Translations under genes and position numbers: made by a program
The notes under the pieces: model-generated
Seen by the model: the letters and a program-made list of their open reading frames with translations, nothing else
Database searches by the model: none
Told to the model about the DNA's origin: nothing
Assembly (NCBI RefSeq): GCF_006345805.1
Contig: NC_043005.1
Location: forward strand, 59,830,001 to 59,894,000
Direction of reading: 5' to 3'
Origin: Octopus sinensis
Taxonomy: Eukaryota
Length of the DNA stretch: 64,000 bases
Shown here: one piece after another, positions 15,026 through 26,959 of the stretch
Position numbering within the stretch: position 1 is the first letter of the stretch
Layout: each line of letters starts with the position of its first letter

Positions 15026-15904
15026 AACAATGTTGATGACTGTTGCTGACGGTTGTTCAGCCGAGTTGGAATATTAACAACTGTTTGAAAATTAACATCA
15101 CTTAGCTTTGTATGCTGGATTATCAATGGAAGATTTCTCCCTCAGTTACAATTGGAATGAGTAACTGAAGCCAACACACTTTTTAACAGTTTCCAGCGTA
15201 TTTACTTTAATACCTAACATAACTTGATTACAACTTGGACGCCTATTGTAAAAGCTACCTGTTTGCTATGGATATAAAACAGTTCAGGATTGCGACACGA
15301 TACAAACTAAATAATCTCCGACTGGTTGCTCAGTATTTCATATTATCCATTTACATACATGGACTAAGTTTGGACAATATAATTCCTACGGATGTTGTTC
15401 TTTGAAACTGCTATTCATTGCTAGCAATAATTTTGTAACTCGCCATTCCGCTCTTAAACATATTAATTTCTTTGTTGTTTTCTATTGGCGATGAACTAAA
15501 TAATTCCTGGCATATAGTTACTTCCATTCGCTTTATGATTTCAGATCACACCAAGGTAGACGGCTTCTTTTATCTATAGAAAATTTACAAAATAAGTATT
15601 GATCAACAGAACAATATAATCAACTACATTCTATCTCTAATAGTATGTGTCCTATGAACCTCTGATTTTGTTGGAAACTATTATTCATATTATTAATAAA
15701 TGACGAATTTAATTATTTTCCGTATTCTGTTACGACCTTTACAATGTAATATCAAATCTTGCCGAGGTATAATTCATCTTCCAACCTTTTAGAGACTATG
15801 TAACGAATACTGCCAAGTACTAGATACAAAATAATCAACTATAACTTCCACAGTAGAAATGGCGACGAGCTTTTACTTAATTTAGGAATAATAATGATAT
15901 TTTT

Positions 15905-16168
15905 ATCACTACTTTGGCTACTAAACCCAACATTCCGAGTTCGATTCCAGGCGGTGACCTGAATAATAATAATAATAATAATAAAAATAACATCGAAAAA
16001 TACATTAGGAATGAGAACCCAGTTTCGAAATTTCCCCAAGACACATGATGAAGGCTCGGGGGTATATCAGCGGAAACGTTGTGTTAACAACAAACAAGAT
16101 GAGGACAAATATCCGTCAAATGTAAATAATGTACACAATTTCTCATCTTTTAAATATAGAACTGTATA
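15905..16168 (+). mobile_element. tRNA-headed short element with hammerhead-like tail (copy 1, head partly decayed)
   Basis: ggctactaaaccc...gagttcgattcc (B box), (AAT)n, then gacac-atgatga-aggctc...cagcg-gaaa-cg-tt-gtgtt at 16040-16085; second copy at 59625-59892 (-). Confidence 0.75.
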
Positions 16169-16199
16169 TACCTTAATATATATATATGTCTATATTTTT

Positions 16200-16640
16200 T
16201 ATAGGTTCCGCCCCTTTTAAGCATCTTCAAATTCAAACCAAACACATTGCATTATACCTGTCATTATGCATGGAATCTAATTTCCAAATATCATAAGGAT
16301 CCATTCAATAATACTGGTCCATGAAAAATGACAAAAATTTGGAGGTTAAGCCACCATTACGTGGTCTTAGAATCATCCAAAGAAATGGAAATTTTGAGTA
16401 TATTTTAAAATTTTTTTCTCATAAATTTTATCAAAATCCGAAGCATATGAATTTTCACGGAAGGGTTCTTTCCCCCTTTATTCTCCCTCAAAATTATATG
16501 AAACATACGGCATTACCCTTCTGCCTAGGCTTGGATTTTATGTTCCAAATTTCATTAGGATCGGTCCACTAGTTTTCTAGTCTATAAGTAACACACGAAC
16601 ACACGTAAAGACATTGACATTTGCATTGCATAATAGATAT
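16200..16640 (-). mobile_element. Non-autonomous Helitron-like 5' fragment
   Basis: Ends ...ggatcggtccactagttttctagtctataagtaacacacg...gcataatagat, i.e. a|TCTATTA 5' terminus on the minus strand, like the other Helitron 5' ends in the window. Confidence 0.45.
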
Positions 16641-16697
16641 ACTCTTTTACTCTTTTATTGGTTTCAGTCATTTGACTGCGGCCATGCCGGAGCACCG

Positions 16698-16753
<56 letters not shown>

Positions 16754-16849
16754 TATTTGTATATATATATATGCACATATACATACATGTATATATCTAT
16801 GTGTGTGTGTATGTATGTATGTATATATATATATATATATATATAAAAT

Positions 16850-17535
16850 AGTAAAAAGTGAAAGAACTACAGAAGGCTTGTTTTAAAAGGTTAAAAAATA
16901 TATATTTGAGTCATTATGTCTGAAGAATGTTATAATTTTTTTTTCATACAATGACATAGTTTTTGAAGAAATGACCGGTTTCGCGTTCAGCTTTTCAAAT
17001 TTCTTACATCGTTTTGTTTACGTTGAGAAGTGTGAAGAAAGAGTTCCAGATAAGGGGAGGTGATAAGTGATTTCTTCCGGTGTAAGGGAGATAATCGCTT
17101 AATATTTTTTGCCTTTTTTTGGAGTGAGTTTCTCTGTATAAGAATGTTGGAATGGTTAAGTTTGGGCTTGTATTTTTCAATGAAGAATGTTTCCTTGTTT
17201 AGTCTAATTTGTGTTGGTGTTCCGATAGCACATTGGTGAAATGGAAAGATTAAAAATTGTGGTAGTAGTTGCTTTGCGCATTTCTCAATGTGCTCACTAA
17301 AGGGTATCATTCTGTATTCTGGGAATGCAATCTGTTGTCGATGCAGTGTGCATCTACGTCTGAGTGATAGTCCGGTGGAGCCCACGTAGTTTTGGTGGCA
17401 GCCCGAGCATTTTATGACATAAATTATGTTTTCAGAGGCACAAGTAAAATTAGATTTTATCTTGAATTTCTGTCTCTCTTTGAAGAGGAATTCTGATCCT
17501 TCTAGAAAGATAGATTGATAGATACAGTCGTACAG
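16850..17535 (-). mobile_element. 5'-truncated Penelope-like element (GIY-YIG end plus 3' pLTR)
   Basis: Contains the GIY-YIG ORF below, followed by a minimal HHR-like motif at 16966-17005 (-). Confidence 0.85.
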
Positions 17536-17547
17536 TTGAGTGAGCAA
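16987..17547 (-). pseudogene. GIY-YIG endonuclease domain of a Penelope-like retroelement
   Basis: FKIKSNFTCASENIIYVIKCSGCHQNYVGSTGLSLRRRCTLHRQQI...RLNKETFFIEKYKPKLN fits the PLE GIY-YIG pattern (N.IY...C..C...YVG.T...L..R...H, E..I, P.LN); RT absent. Confidence 0.88.
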
Positions 17548-17751
17548 ACAAACATATGAGACACTGCCTTGAAGAATGAGTTGTCGAATAAATCGCCCCC
17601 ATTCCTTTTTTTAAATTTTGATAAGCCTGGTACTTATTCTATTGGGCTTTTTGTTGTCAAGCCATTAAGTTATGGGGATGTAAATAAACCAACACCAATT
17701 ATCAAGCAGTGATGAGGGAGAAACAAAGACACAAAAATACACACATACTCT

Positions 17752-17820
<69 letters not shown>

Positions 17821-17885
17821 ACACGATGGTTTTCTTTCAGTTTCTGTTAACTAAATCCACTCACAGTGTTTGATTGGTCTGAAGC
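17545..17885 (-). mobile_element. SINE family A, degenerate
   Basis: aagcctggtacttattctattgg...aagttatggggatgtaaataaacc...ttctttcagtttctg...aaatccactcac. Confidence 0.75.
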
Positions 17886-17903
17886 TATATGTATGCATGT
17901 ATA

Positions 17904-17979
<76 letters not shown>

Positions 17980-18004
17980 CATACATATATATGTACAGTC
18001 ATGG

Positions 18005-18110
18005 ACCTTGACTAAGGCATGCGTAAAATTTGAATGAAATTGATTGAGGTTTAGGAATTCACACAGACAAACTGACAAACAGACATATATTCTCAGTTTT
18101 ATATATATAT
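18005..18110 (-). mobile_element. Helitron-like 5' terminal fragment
   Basis: Reverse complement matches 58170-58280 (tataaaactgagaat...tgtctg...atttcattcaaatt..ac.catgcctta). Confidence 0.65.
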
Positions 18111-18777
18111 GTATATATATACATTTATGTGTGTGTGTATCGTACATCGTACATGTGTATGTGTGTATGTAAACATGTAATATTTTCACTAATTTGTTAA
18201 TATACAGTTGGTTGCACACACACATAATTGCAGGCAACATGAATTAACTTATCGTGTTGGCAATCATTTATTTCAATGTCTCAGATTTCAGATGCTGTTT
18301 ATTTTTCATACTTTCACATAATATAAAAATACGAACAATTTTGCAAAAAAGAAATCTGAAAGTTACATCTTCGAATATCTACTGCTTTCCATCAGCCTCA
18401 AGTGTTTTCAGTAATTTCCCTTCATTATGATAATAAAATCGCTGGAGAAAAATCCCACTGACGAAATATGAATATGGTTAAAGATGAATAAAGGTGATTA
18501 AATTTTTCAGCTATAAGGATTGAAAAAGGTGAAATAGATGCGGAAGGGGGGAAAATATAGAAAAGAAGCACCCTCGCAAAAATCTGAAATAAGGGAACGC
18601 TTTGTGTGCAGCATACTTGTTTGTGATAAAAAGCAAAATTCTCATTTAAGGAGGAAAAGCGATAAGATGTCAAACAGCCACATGGATGCCACCGTATGTG
18701 AGCAACATCAAATTACTAAAACAATGGTTCGGACTCTATATTCTTTGTTTGGGAGCTCTCCACTTTGACACATGAAA

Positions 18778-19037
18778 CATAGCTTCTTCCTTATATGTAA
18801 TATATAACACCGGATCTTTCTACCGTTTTCACGTCTATTTGCGTTCGAAATATTACCTTCTTGTCTGTACAATACGATACAATTCGGCGCTTCTAAAAAC
18901 AAACATATATGTGTATATATATATATACACACAGTCACACACACACACAAAGACACGCGCACACACGCACACATATATGTATATACATATATATCACACA
19001 CACACACATATATATAAATATATGTGTATGTGTATGG

Positions 19038-19068
<31 letters not shown>

Positions 19069-19201
19069 TCTTTTTTGTTTTTAGAAGCGCCGAATGTGTA
19101 TCGTATTGTACAAACAAGAAGATAATAATTTCGAACACAGAATAGACGTGAAAATGGCAGAAAGGTCCGGTATTATTACTCTTATAAGACGGGAAAATGT
19201 T
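18778..19201. repeat. Inverted repeat (~125-bp arms) around a microsatellite spacer
   Basis: 18778-18904 (...acgtctatttgcgttcgaaatattaccttcttgtctgtacaatacgatacaattcggcgcttctaaaaacaaa) is the reverse complement of 19074-19201. Confidence 0.88.
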
Positions 19202-19256
19202 GTCAGCAAACATCCACAGGGTGTTCGAAATATTACCTTATTTTCTTTACAATGTA

Positions 19257-19304
<48 letters not shown>

Positions 19305-19559
19305 TCTAATTGATTTAAAGTTTAGAAGTAGTGTAACTTCATCAAACGTGAAATTTTCTTCACTAATTCTCTGTCAATTGTATCGAATAAATTTCGTCTT
19401 ATTAGTACCTATGTGATTGTTTTAATTGTGTATGATTTCAATGTCTGAATGCAAGGCGATACTTCATGCTTTAACTATAAGCATGTACCTACACGTGATA
19501 TCACATGAATCTATGTATTGTTTTAATTTGCTGTTTTGAACTTTGCATTGTGCATCAGG

Positions 19560-21700
19560 GAAGGATAATTTAAAGTTTGCCTATTTCATTTGTAGCTGTT
19601 GGTGGTATCATCGAATGCATTTGTTAATGGGAACCTAGATGAACAAAGAACTGAGAACAAGGTGTCTCCCTGAAGACTGTACATATGTGACAGAAGTTCT
19701 TTTCATTAGAATTTTCAATTCTCTATATGGTGTCAGTGTTGTTGATTCAGTTTTAACCGCAATGGCTGCTATAATACCTTAATATTGAGGTTGTCTGTTT
19801 TACGTACAATTTCTACATCATCGCTATGCTTAGAATACTGCCGAAAGAATTTTGATGATCAATCAATGCTCTATTTTTAATATATTCAATAATTGATTCA
19901 GTTTAAGAATAGCTCTCCTTTTCATTTACTTATCCTGTTTGATAATGTATCTCTTTCTTCAGCAAGATATTTGTCTTCCAATATGAACAAACTGCCTGTT
20001 GAAGAATATCGATAACAGATTTTGCTTTTGTTATTTATTGAAAACTGGTTATCGGTCAGTTAGTTTTTGAAATCACCACTGTTTGTATTTGGGGGAATTT
20101 ATAATGTTTTCTTTACTCGCCAGACGGCTATTGAATCTGGTCTTTCTACCATTTCCATGATAGCAGTTGCTTTCAGTTAATGTTTGCTGCCTGTATATGC
20201 TAACCAAAATATTTATTCAAAATCAATGATATGAGATTGCTGTTAGTTCCAAAGCATCATGGTTGTATTGGTAAATAAATTTCTCACTAGTTATGATGGT
20301 CATGTTTGCCTGGTTGTGTTTATTCTTACTCCTAATTTCTTTTTTATATAAATGAACTAAGTGATTCAAAATGTAAGGTATAATAAAAAATTTATTAAGG
20401 TCTTCTGTGATGTGGTATGTAGCTTGAATTGTGCTATATTCGTTCAGTTTAATGTGGATTTCAGTGTGTGTAACCTCAATTGCTTAATATACTATTTGTT
20501 CAGGAGTGTATAACAAATTTTTTCCTCATGTTGGTACTATATCTTCATGGCTCCTAACTTTAATAAGTAGGTAGTTTGACTTCATTTCTCTGTTTATGTA
20601 CAAGTGTATATTAGAATATTGATATTCTACTATTATTAAATGCTGTTGGTGATGTAGCGTATGTTTTACTACCTAAATCTTGTTTGTGTAAACTCTGTAT
20701 TATAGCACTGTGTTCTGCATCTTTGCTTGAATGCTAGGAATATAAGAATTTAGTCCTGGGAGTATGCAAACAGTCAACAGAATCGGTTTTTTTAATATAT
20801 TTATTGCTTAATGTTATACTGAAAGGCTTTCATTCTTTATTCCTTAAATAGGAGCTTTGGTGTCAGTTATCTAATACTTCGTGAAGATGTCGGATTGTTT
20901 TACACTAATATGCCATTGGGAGTAAGCAAATTCCTCAGTCGTTTGCTTAAGTTTACGTTTTCATGTTCTTCGTCTACTTCGTTAATCCTAAGTTTTTGTC
21001 ATTTAGCTCCACCCGAAGAGAAAATCGTCCAAACAATAATTTTATACTTGTATATAACCGGGACTAGCGTTATCCAATGTCTCATTCCTCTTGATGAAAT
21101 GGTAGCTTTTGATCTTAAAAAAATTTCGCTACTATTTTAGCAAATTGAACGAATGTGCTGAAGCTTTGCTTGCTGGCCATCTATATTTTTGGCTAAAGAT
21201 TTACCATTATGCACTTTACCTTTCTTCTCCACTAGTTTATATATTCACACTTTTCTATGAAAATAGCAAATACTATTTTTTTTCTTCACATTTCTTCACT
21301 GTTTGCATTAATTTAAATTTGCGTTCTGCTACATACCTGTGAACACATACGGAATAGAATGATTTTACATCTGTATGCTCATCAAATGACAAATTCAACC
21401 TGTCAGTCTGTAGTTTTGGCTGGTACATTCTAGATAGAGTAATTAATTTTCTTGTTTTCTTTCCAGTCTGCATAGTTCGTGCAGCTTCCAATTTATTACA
21501 TTAAAATTATAGCTTATTAATGGCATGGTTAATGTATTAATGTCAAGTTTAATGTTAGTTATTTGATTCTGTTCAGCGTGAAGTCTGCAAGTAATAATTT
21601 TGTTGAAACTTTTTCCTTCTTTTATTTATGATGATTGTGTTATGTCTTGTTCAGTAAATTCTGTATATTTTAAATTTTAGCTGATCCAGGTTACTTTTAC
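19560..21700 (-). pseudogene. Heavily decayed non-LTR retrotransposon RT (R4/Dong-like)
   Basis: Minus-strand motifs in the expected order: IFWL (~20205), (R/*)PIT (~20050), YLAEE (~19965), LIDHQNSFGS (~19855), LQGDTL (19658-19675); many stops and frameshifts. Boundaries uncertain. Confidence 0.55.
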
Positions 21701-23034
21701 ATATCAACATAAACCAGAGTTGAGGTCCTTTATGTTTTTTCCTACTGATATACAACTGAGAACTCAGCATAATTCGCAAGCCACCCGGCTAGTAATAATC
21801 ATGTGTGAAATGGTTCTGACTATCTATTCGTGAAATACGTATATCGATTGTCGATGATCAGATAAATAACCTGGTCAACGATAATCGATATCAAAATTCT
21901 CTGAGTACATAACCAAACTAATCTTCTGTTACCAAAACTATTTTACTTTAGCTGAGTACTCAAAGGTTGTAACTCCAAATAGGAGACTTATCATGAATGA
22001 CGTTCTGGAAAAAAGTAACTTCCAATTTTACTGAAGTACTGCTTTCTAGACAATCATGCCGCAACATGGCGTCCAATGATGCAAAAGATATATTTCCACT
22101 TACATCCTTGTTCATCGATTACCACACAACATGGAGTCAACAGGAAAAGGAATTTTAGTTATTCCATGTTACGGATATTTTTTAAAGAACATAATGTTTC
22201 TTTAACTTGGGATTTGCCAGTATTATACTATTTGATATGATATTCTTAGTGTATATTCATATGGGATATATTTATCCATATCTCTTTTTAGAATGTTTTA
22301 GACGACTAATTTCTTCAAGTTATCGTGTATCTCGTACTTTTAACATAATTATTGAATATAGCTATATAATTGTTATAGCTAACTACTTAAAATAGTTAGT
22401 TAATGTACTTACATATTTTACCGTATTCATAGATGGTAGTTCGAGATTCCTCGATTGTGGGAGCGTATTTATGTGATTCCATTAATTTTTACGCGACTTA
22501 CTTCCGCTTTCCTTTTTCCCAAAACTTCACCTACGGCGTTATGTGACTTTTATCGGAAAGCTATTTTTATAGTTGCTTCGTACACAATTCCCCCATGTTA
22601 AAACACCAGGTACCTGCTGGTCTGTTTTCATTCTATGCAACAGAATTTAAAATATTTTTTTGTGTGCCCCAATTATAAGTACACACACATATTATATTTT
22701 AACATATATAATCTATATAAGTCACACTCACACGCACAAATATATATATGCACACGCAAACATATATGCTAGTGCGAACTTGCTGTCTTTAAGATAGAAT
22801 ATTTTAACTGATTTGAAATGTCATCATTTACCCCATAGATTATATACATAAATATACATACTACATGAACGTGTGAAAAACGGTGGCAAGACAGGCAACA
22901 TGCAAGAAGCTGGAACGTCGAAAGTGGACAACACAAAGTTAAAAGATGTAATATAATTACGTTAAAAGAACGTGCATTTTTAAGCCAAGGAAAATTTACT
23001 ATCTACGTACTGCCGATAAATAATATATATATGA

Positions 23035-24290
23035 AGCAAAAAGTATATATAAAATAAAAGAAGGAAAACGCACAGACTTTACATAGTTTCAATATATCTT
23101 TTGATATTTTTAAAAATATATTTTGTATTGTGTTTGTCGACCGGTTTCGCTTTCATTAATCATGACATTGAAATTATAGCAATTTCGCATTTTCTTAAGA
23201 AAACTTAGTCCAAGTTGTATGTGGTGAATTTTATGAATGAATGAGTCAACAAGTAGAAAAATCGAATGGGAAATAATTGGTGATCGTTATTATAGGGACA
23301 AGCGAAGTAATTGTTCATTTTTCGAGGACGGGATAAATATGCACAAAAACTTAAAAGCTGACGTAGTGAGAAAAGATATGTACACTGATGGCTATGTGAT
23401 CATGAATCAAAATATATACTGAGATCAAAGTTGGTTACGCGTTCATATTTAGACGCATTCTCTATTTTTCGATGAACATATTTTCTTTATTTAAACGTTC
23501 TTATATAGAAATTGTTTCTTTGCAAAGGAAGATGAGGAAACCTGTGAAGTTTGTTGAGATATTACCTGCACATCTCTGTATTTATTCACTGAAAGGAATC
23601 TGTATTGTGGGAACCGTATCTGCTTCTTATGAAGTGAGATTTCACGCCTCAGTGTCATATTTGTCTGTCCTATGTTGTTATGTCCACAACCTGAGAAAGT
23701 TGTAACATAAATTAGATTCTCGGAAGCAGAAGTGAAATTGGTTTTAATTGTGAACCTCTCTCCTTGTTTGAGTAGGAATTCCAAACCTTCTAAAACTTGG
23801 AGCATGTTCCTCAGATTGGGTGTCCACATATATTAACCGTTACTTTCGTAGTTGTGTAAAGCTTCGCAGTTTCGTGAAGCTCTTTTTAACGATTTGTGTT
23901 GCTGTTTGCATTTGATGAATTTATGTTTTCATAATGTTGTTCATTTTCCAATCTCAAGTGGGCATAGCTAGATTTTGTACAATAGTGTTGTATGCCTCAT
24001 TGTTTTTAGTGCTGTAAGTTGACGTACACAGTTGTGTTTTGAGATGAAGTGTGGTGTTACGTTTTGATGCTCTTAGTGTTTTAATATCTAATTTGTTAGT
24101 ACGCTTAATTCCATCGTCTATAAGTGAAGGTGGATATTGTCGGTTAGTGTTTTTCTGGGGTCTTGAAGATGAAGATCCCGAGTATTTCTATAAGACACTA
24201 CTGTGCAAATCCTTTTTCCCAAAATAAAGGAGATATTTCTTTTGGTGTGTTTCGGGTAAACAGGAGATATTGGTTTATGCTATAACTTGC
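23035..24290 (-). mobile_element. 5'-truncated Penelope-like element (post-RT region, GIY-YIG, pLTR)
   Basis: Minus strand: PKHTKEISPFILGKRICTVVS...RQYPPSLIDDGIKR (~24100-24270); FTIKTNFTSASENLIY...SGCGHNNIGQTNMTLRREISLHKKQI (23491-23829); HHR-like motif at 23135-23167. Same family type as 16987-17547. Confidence 0.87.
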
Positions 24291-24465
24291 TTAGGTTGTG
24301 GACATAACTATACAGGACAGACATGTATGACTCTGAGATGTAAAACTACAATTCATAAGGAGTAGATTCAATTCCCACAATACTGACAGATACATATGAG
24401 TGAACACATGCAGAGATGTGCATGTAATATCCAAACAGACTTCACAGGTTTCCCCATCTACCAGT

Positions 24466-24945
24466 GCAAAGAAATAATTTCTATATAAGAACGTCTGAAT
24501 AAAGAAAATTGGTTCATCGATAAATAGAGAATGCTTCTAAATATGAACGCATAACCAACTTTGATCTCAGTATATATTTTAAGTTATGATCAGATACCCA
24601 TCAGTGTACATATTTTTCTCACTACTTCAGCTTTTAAGTTTTTGTGCATATTTATCCTCTCCTCGAAAGATGAACAATTACGTCTCTTGTCCCCAACAAT
24701 AACGATCACCAATTATTTCCCCTTAGATTTTTTTACTTGCTGAATCATTCATTCATAAAATTCACCACACACAACTTGGACTAAGTTGGACTAAGTAAGA
24801 AAATACAATAATTTCAATGTCATGATTAACGAAGCGAAACCGGTCGACAAACACAATACAAGATATATTAATGATATAGTAAAAAATATCTTGAAACTAT
24901 GTAAAGTGTGTGCATTTTCCTTTCATTCTACGTATATTTTTTGCA
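24466..24945 (+). mobile_element. Inverted pLTR copy of the adjacent Penelope-like element
   Basis: Reverse complement of 23035-23524; includes tgtc-atgatta-acgaagc-gaaa-ccgg-tc-gaca at 24818-24849. Confidence 0.88.
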
Positions 24946-26132
24946 TTACAACTTATCACGTGGTGATAATCGAAAATCTCCCCTTTGTCTTACTACACAC
25001 ACGCACGCACACGCATACACACAGACACGCAAGAACATACACACACACTCCATGCATTTTTAATGCAATTGATATTCATTATTATAGTTACTATTACCGT
25101 ATATATGTAGAGCATGATTAAGACTATCTTATATTATTTATCACTCTTTGATACAAACCAAACAATAGAAGAGTATTGCTTGTTTTTACACAACATGCAG
25201 TTTTATAATCAAATATTGTTACTTACAAAGCAAAAGTGAAGCGAAGCAAGTTGATATGTAACTATTTCATAGCAACGTAATCTTAGTATTACAGGCGTTA
25301 TAGCAACGGTCACGCTGACACAAATATGTCCTACCAATTTTACCTTCTCATAACTTCCAGAAAAATGGGTACTTTTCAAATAAAATTTTCTAGAAATACG
25401 CTTCAGATGGTGCAAATACCGATTATACCGGAAGTTTGGTGAAAAACCATTCCCGATGGTGGGGCGAGAATTTTCAGAAAAATCACATAAGTCGAGTTTG
25501 TTTCCTCATAACATTCGGAAAGATGGGTATTTTTAAATGAAATTTTCTACAAAATCCTTTCTACGTGTGTAAATACATGCTAACGATTCCGCCGAATATT
25601 GAGCTCAAGGGTGAGTGTCTTCAGTCTACACCTGATTCTGTTTTCCATCGTTGCTTAGTGCCAGATGAAATGCAGTATGGTTTGCTTATGATCATGACTC
25701 ACATTGAGAAAACCCTAATGTTAATGTTTTAATCCTTCAAACATGTCGCCTCTACCCCCACCCAATATAAATATACCATCTATACTACAATGGAGAAAGC
25801 TACTTATTAATTAGATATGCAAAAAGTACTTAAAGTTCTAAAAGAAAGCAATATTAACACTTGACCGTCTGGAAATATTCCTATGAATTCATGTTCTAAG
25901 AAATTTCCTATAATTTCCATTTGTGAAGGTTATTAAATTGTCGCAAATTTAAATATTCATTTGATTCACTGCGTCCAATTCTTCATAAATTCAAATATTC
26001 ATTGCATTCACTGCCGAGTAGATTTTAATATTTAATAATAAACAATAATAATTCGTTGCAGGCGGCATTTTACATTTTTATTTGCAACATACCCCCTTCT
26101 CACTCGTCTCTATTTTCATTAATGATAATTTA

Positions 26133-26499
26133 AGAATAGCTATATGAAATAGATACGAGGCACAATTTCAAGAATATTATCTGTTTCCGGAGTTTGTTAA
26201 ATGAATATTTTTGATAAAATGAAAATTCTATAATATACCGGTATAATTTTTCTTTTAAATGTTGAAGTGATTTTGTTGGTATGGTTTCTTCTTTTAATAT
26301 AATAATTTTAGTATAATATTTAAGTCATCTTTTGTTGAATAAATGCAGGCTATTACAAAAAATAGCTGTATAACAAAGCACAATTTCAAGAATATTACCA
26401 GTTTCCGGAGCTTGTCAAATGAATAATTTTGATAAACTGAAGATTTTTCAAAATACTGGTATAATTTTTTTTAACGAAGAAGTGATTTTCTTCGTATGA
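26133..26499 (+). repeat. Direct repeat (~150-bp units, two copies) inside the Helitron
   Basis: gcacaatttcaagaatatta...tttccggag...tttgataaa...ggtataattttt...gaagtgatttt at 26133-26285 and 26358-26499. Confidence 0.85.
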
Positions 26500-26959
26500 C
26501 TGCTTGGGACGCCATAAGCCTTACAATAATAACTATGTGATCGCTGCTATTTCTAGCACGCTTAACAAGATAGTTTTTAGCGACCTTTCACTTATACAAT
26601 ATTTTCATTTCATGTTTATTTTCCTTCAATGTTTGAAATGTTCTCTCCCCATCTCTCTCTCACACAAACACACTCACCTTGTCTCTCTAATATAAACACA
26701 CACACACACACGCCAGGTTTACGCAAATATCACATTTAAATTTTGCAATTCAACATGGGGCGTCCAAAAATATGCGACTGAAAAGAAAAATTTAGCAGCA
26801 AAGATATAACGGCAGAGAGAAAGACGGGCAACTGAATCAGATGAAGCCAGGGCAAAGCGCCTGAAACAAATGTTTGAATATGCACAGAGGCGTAGGAATG
26901 ATTTTGGTTCCCCTACACAGGATCGACTGGTTAGGGTATTTCGAGGGGAGAATATTCTA

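Noticed and set aside
20883-20915. DVGLFYTNMP resembling the Penelope RT motif DVxSLYTNIP
   Set aside because: Isolated; it lies antisense within the decayed R4-like element with no other RT motifs in that orientation.
21765-21793. gccacccggCTAGt, possible Helitron 3' end
   Set aside because: No clear hairpin or matching 5' terminus found.
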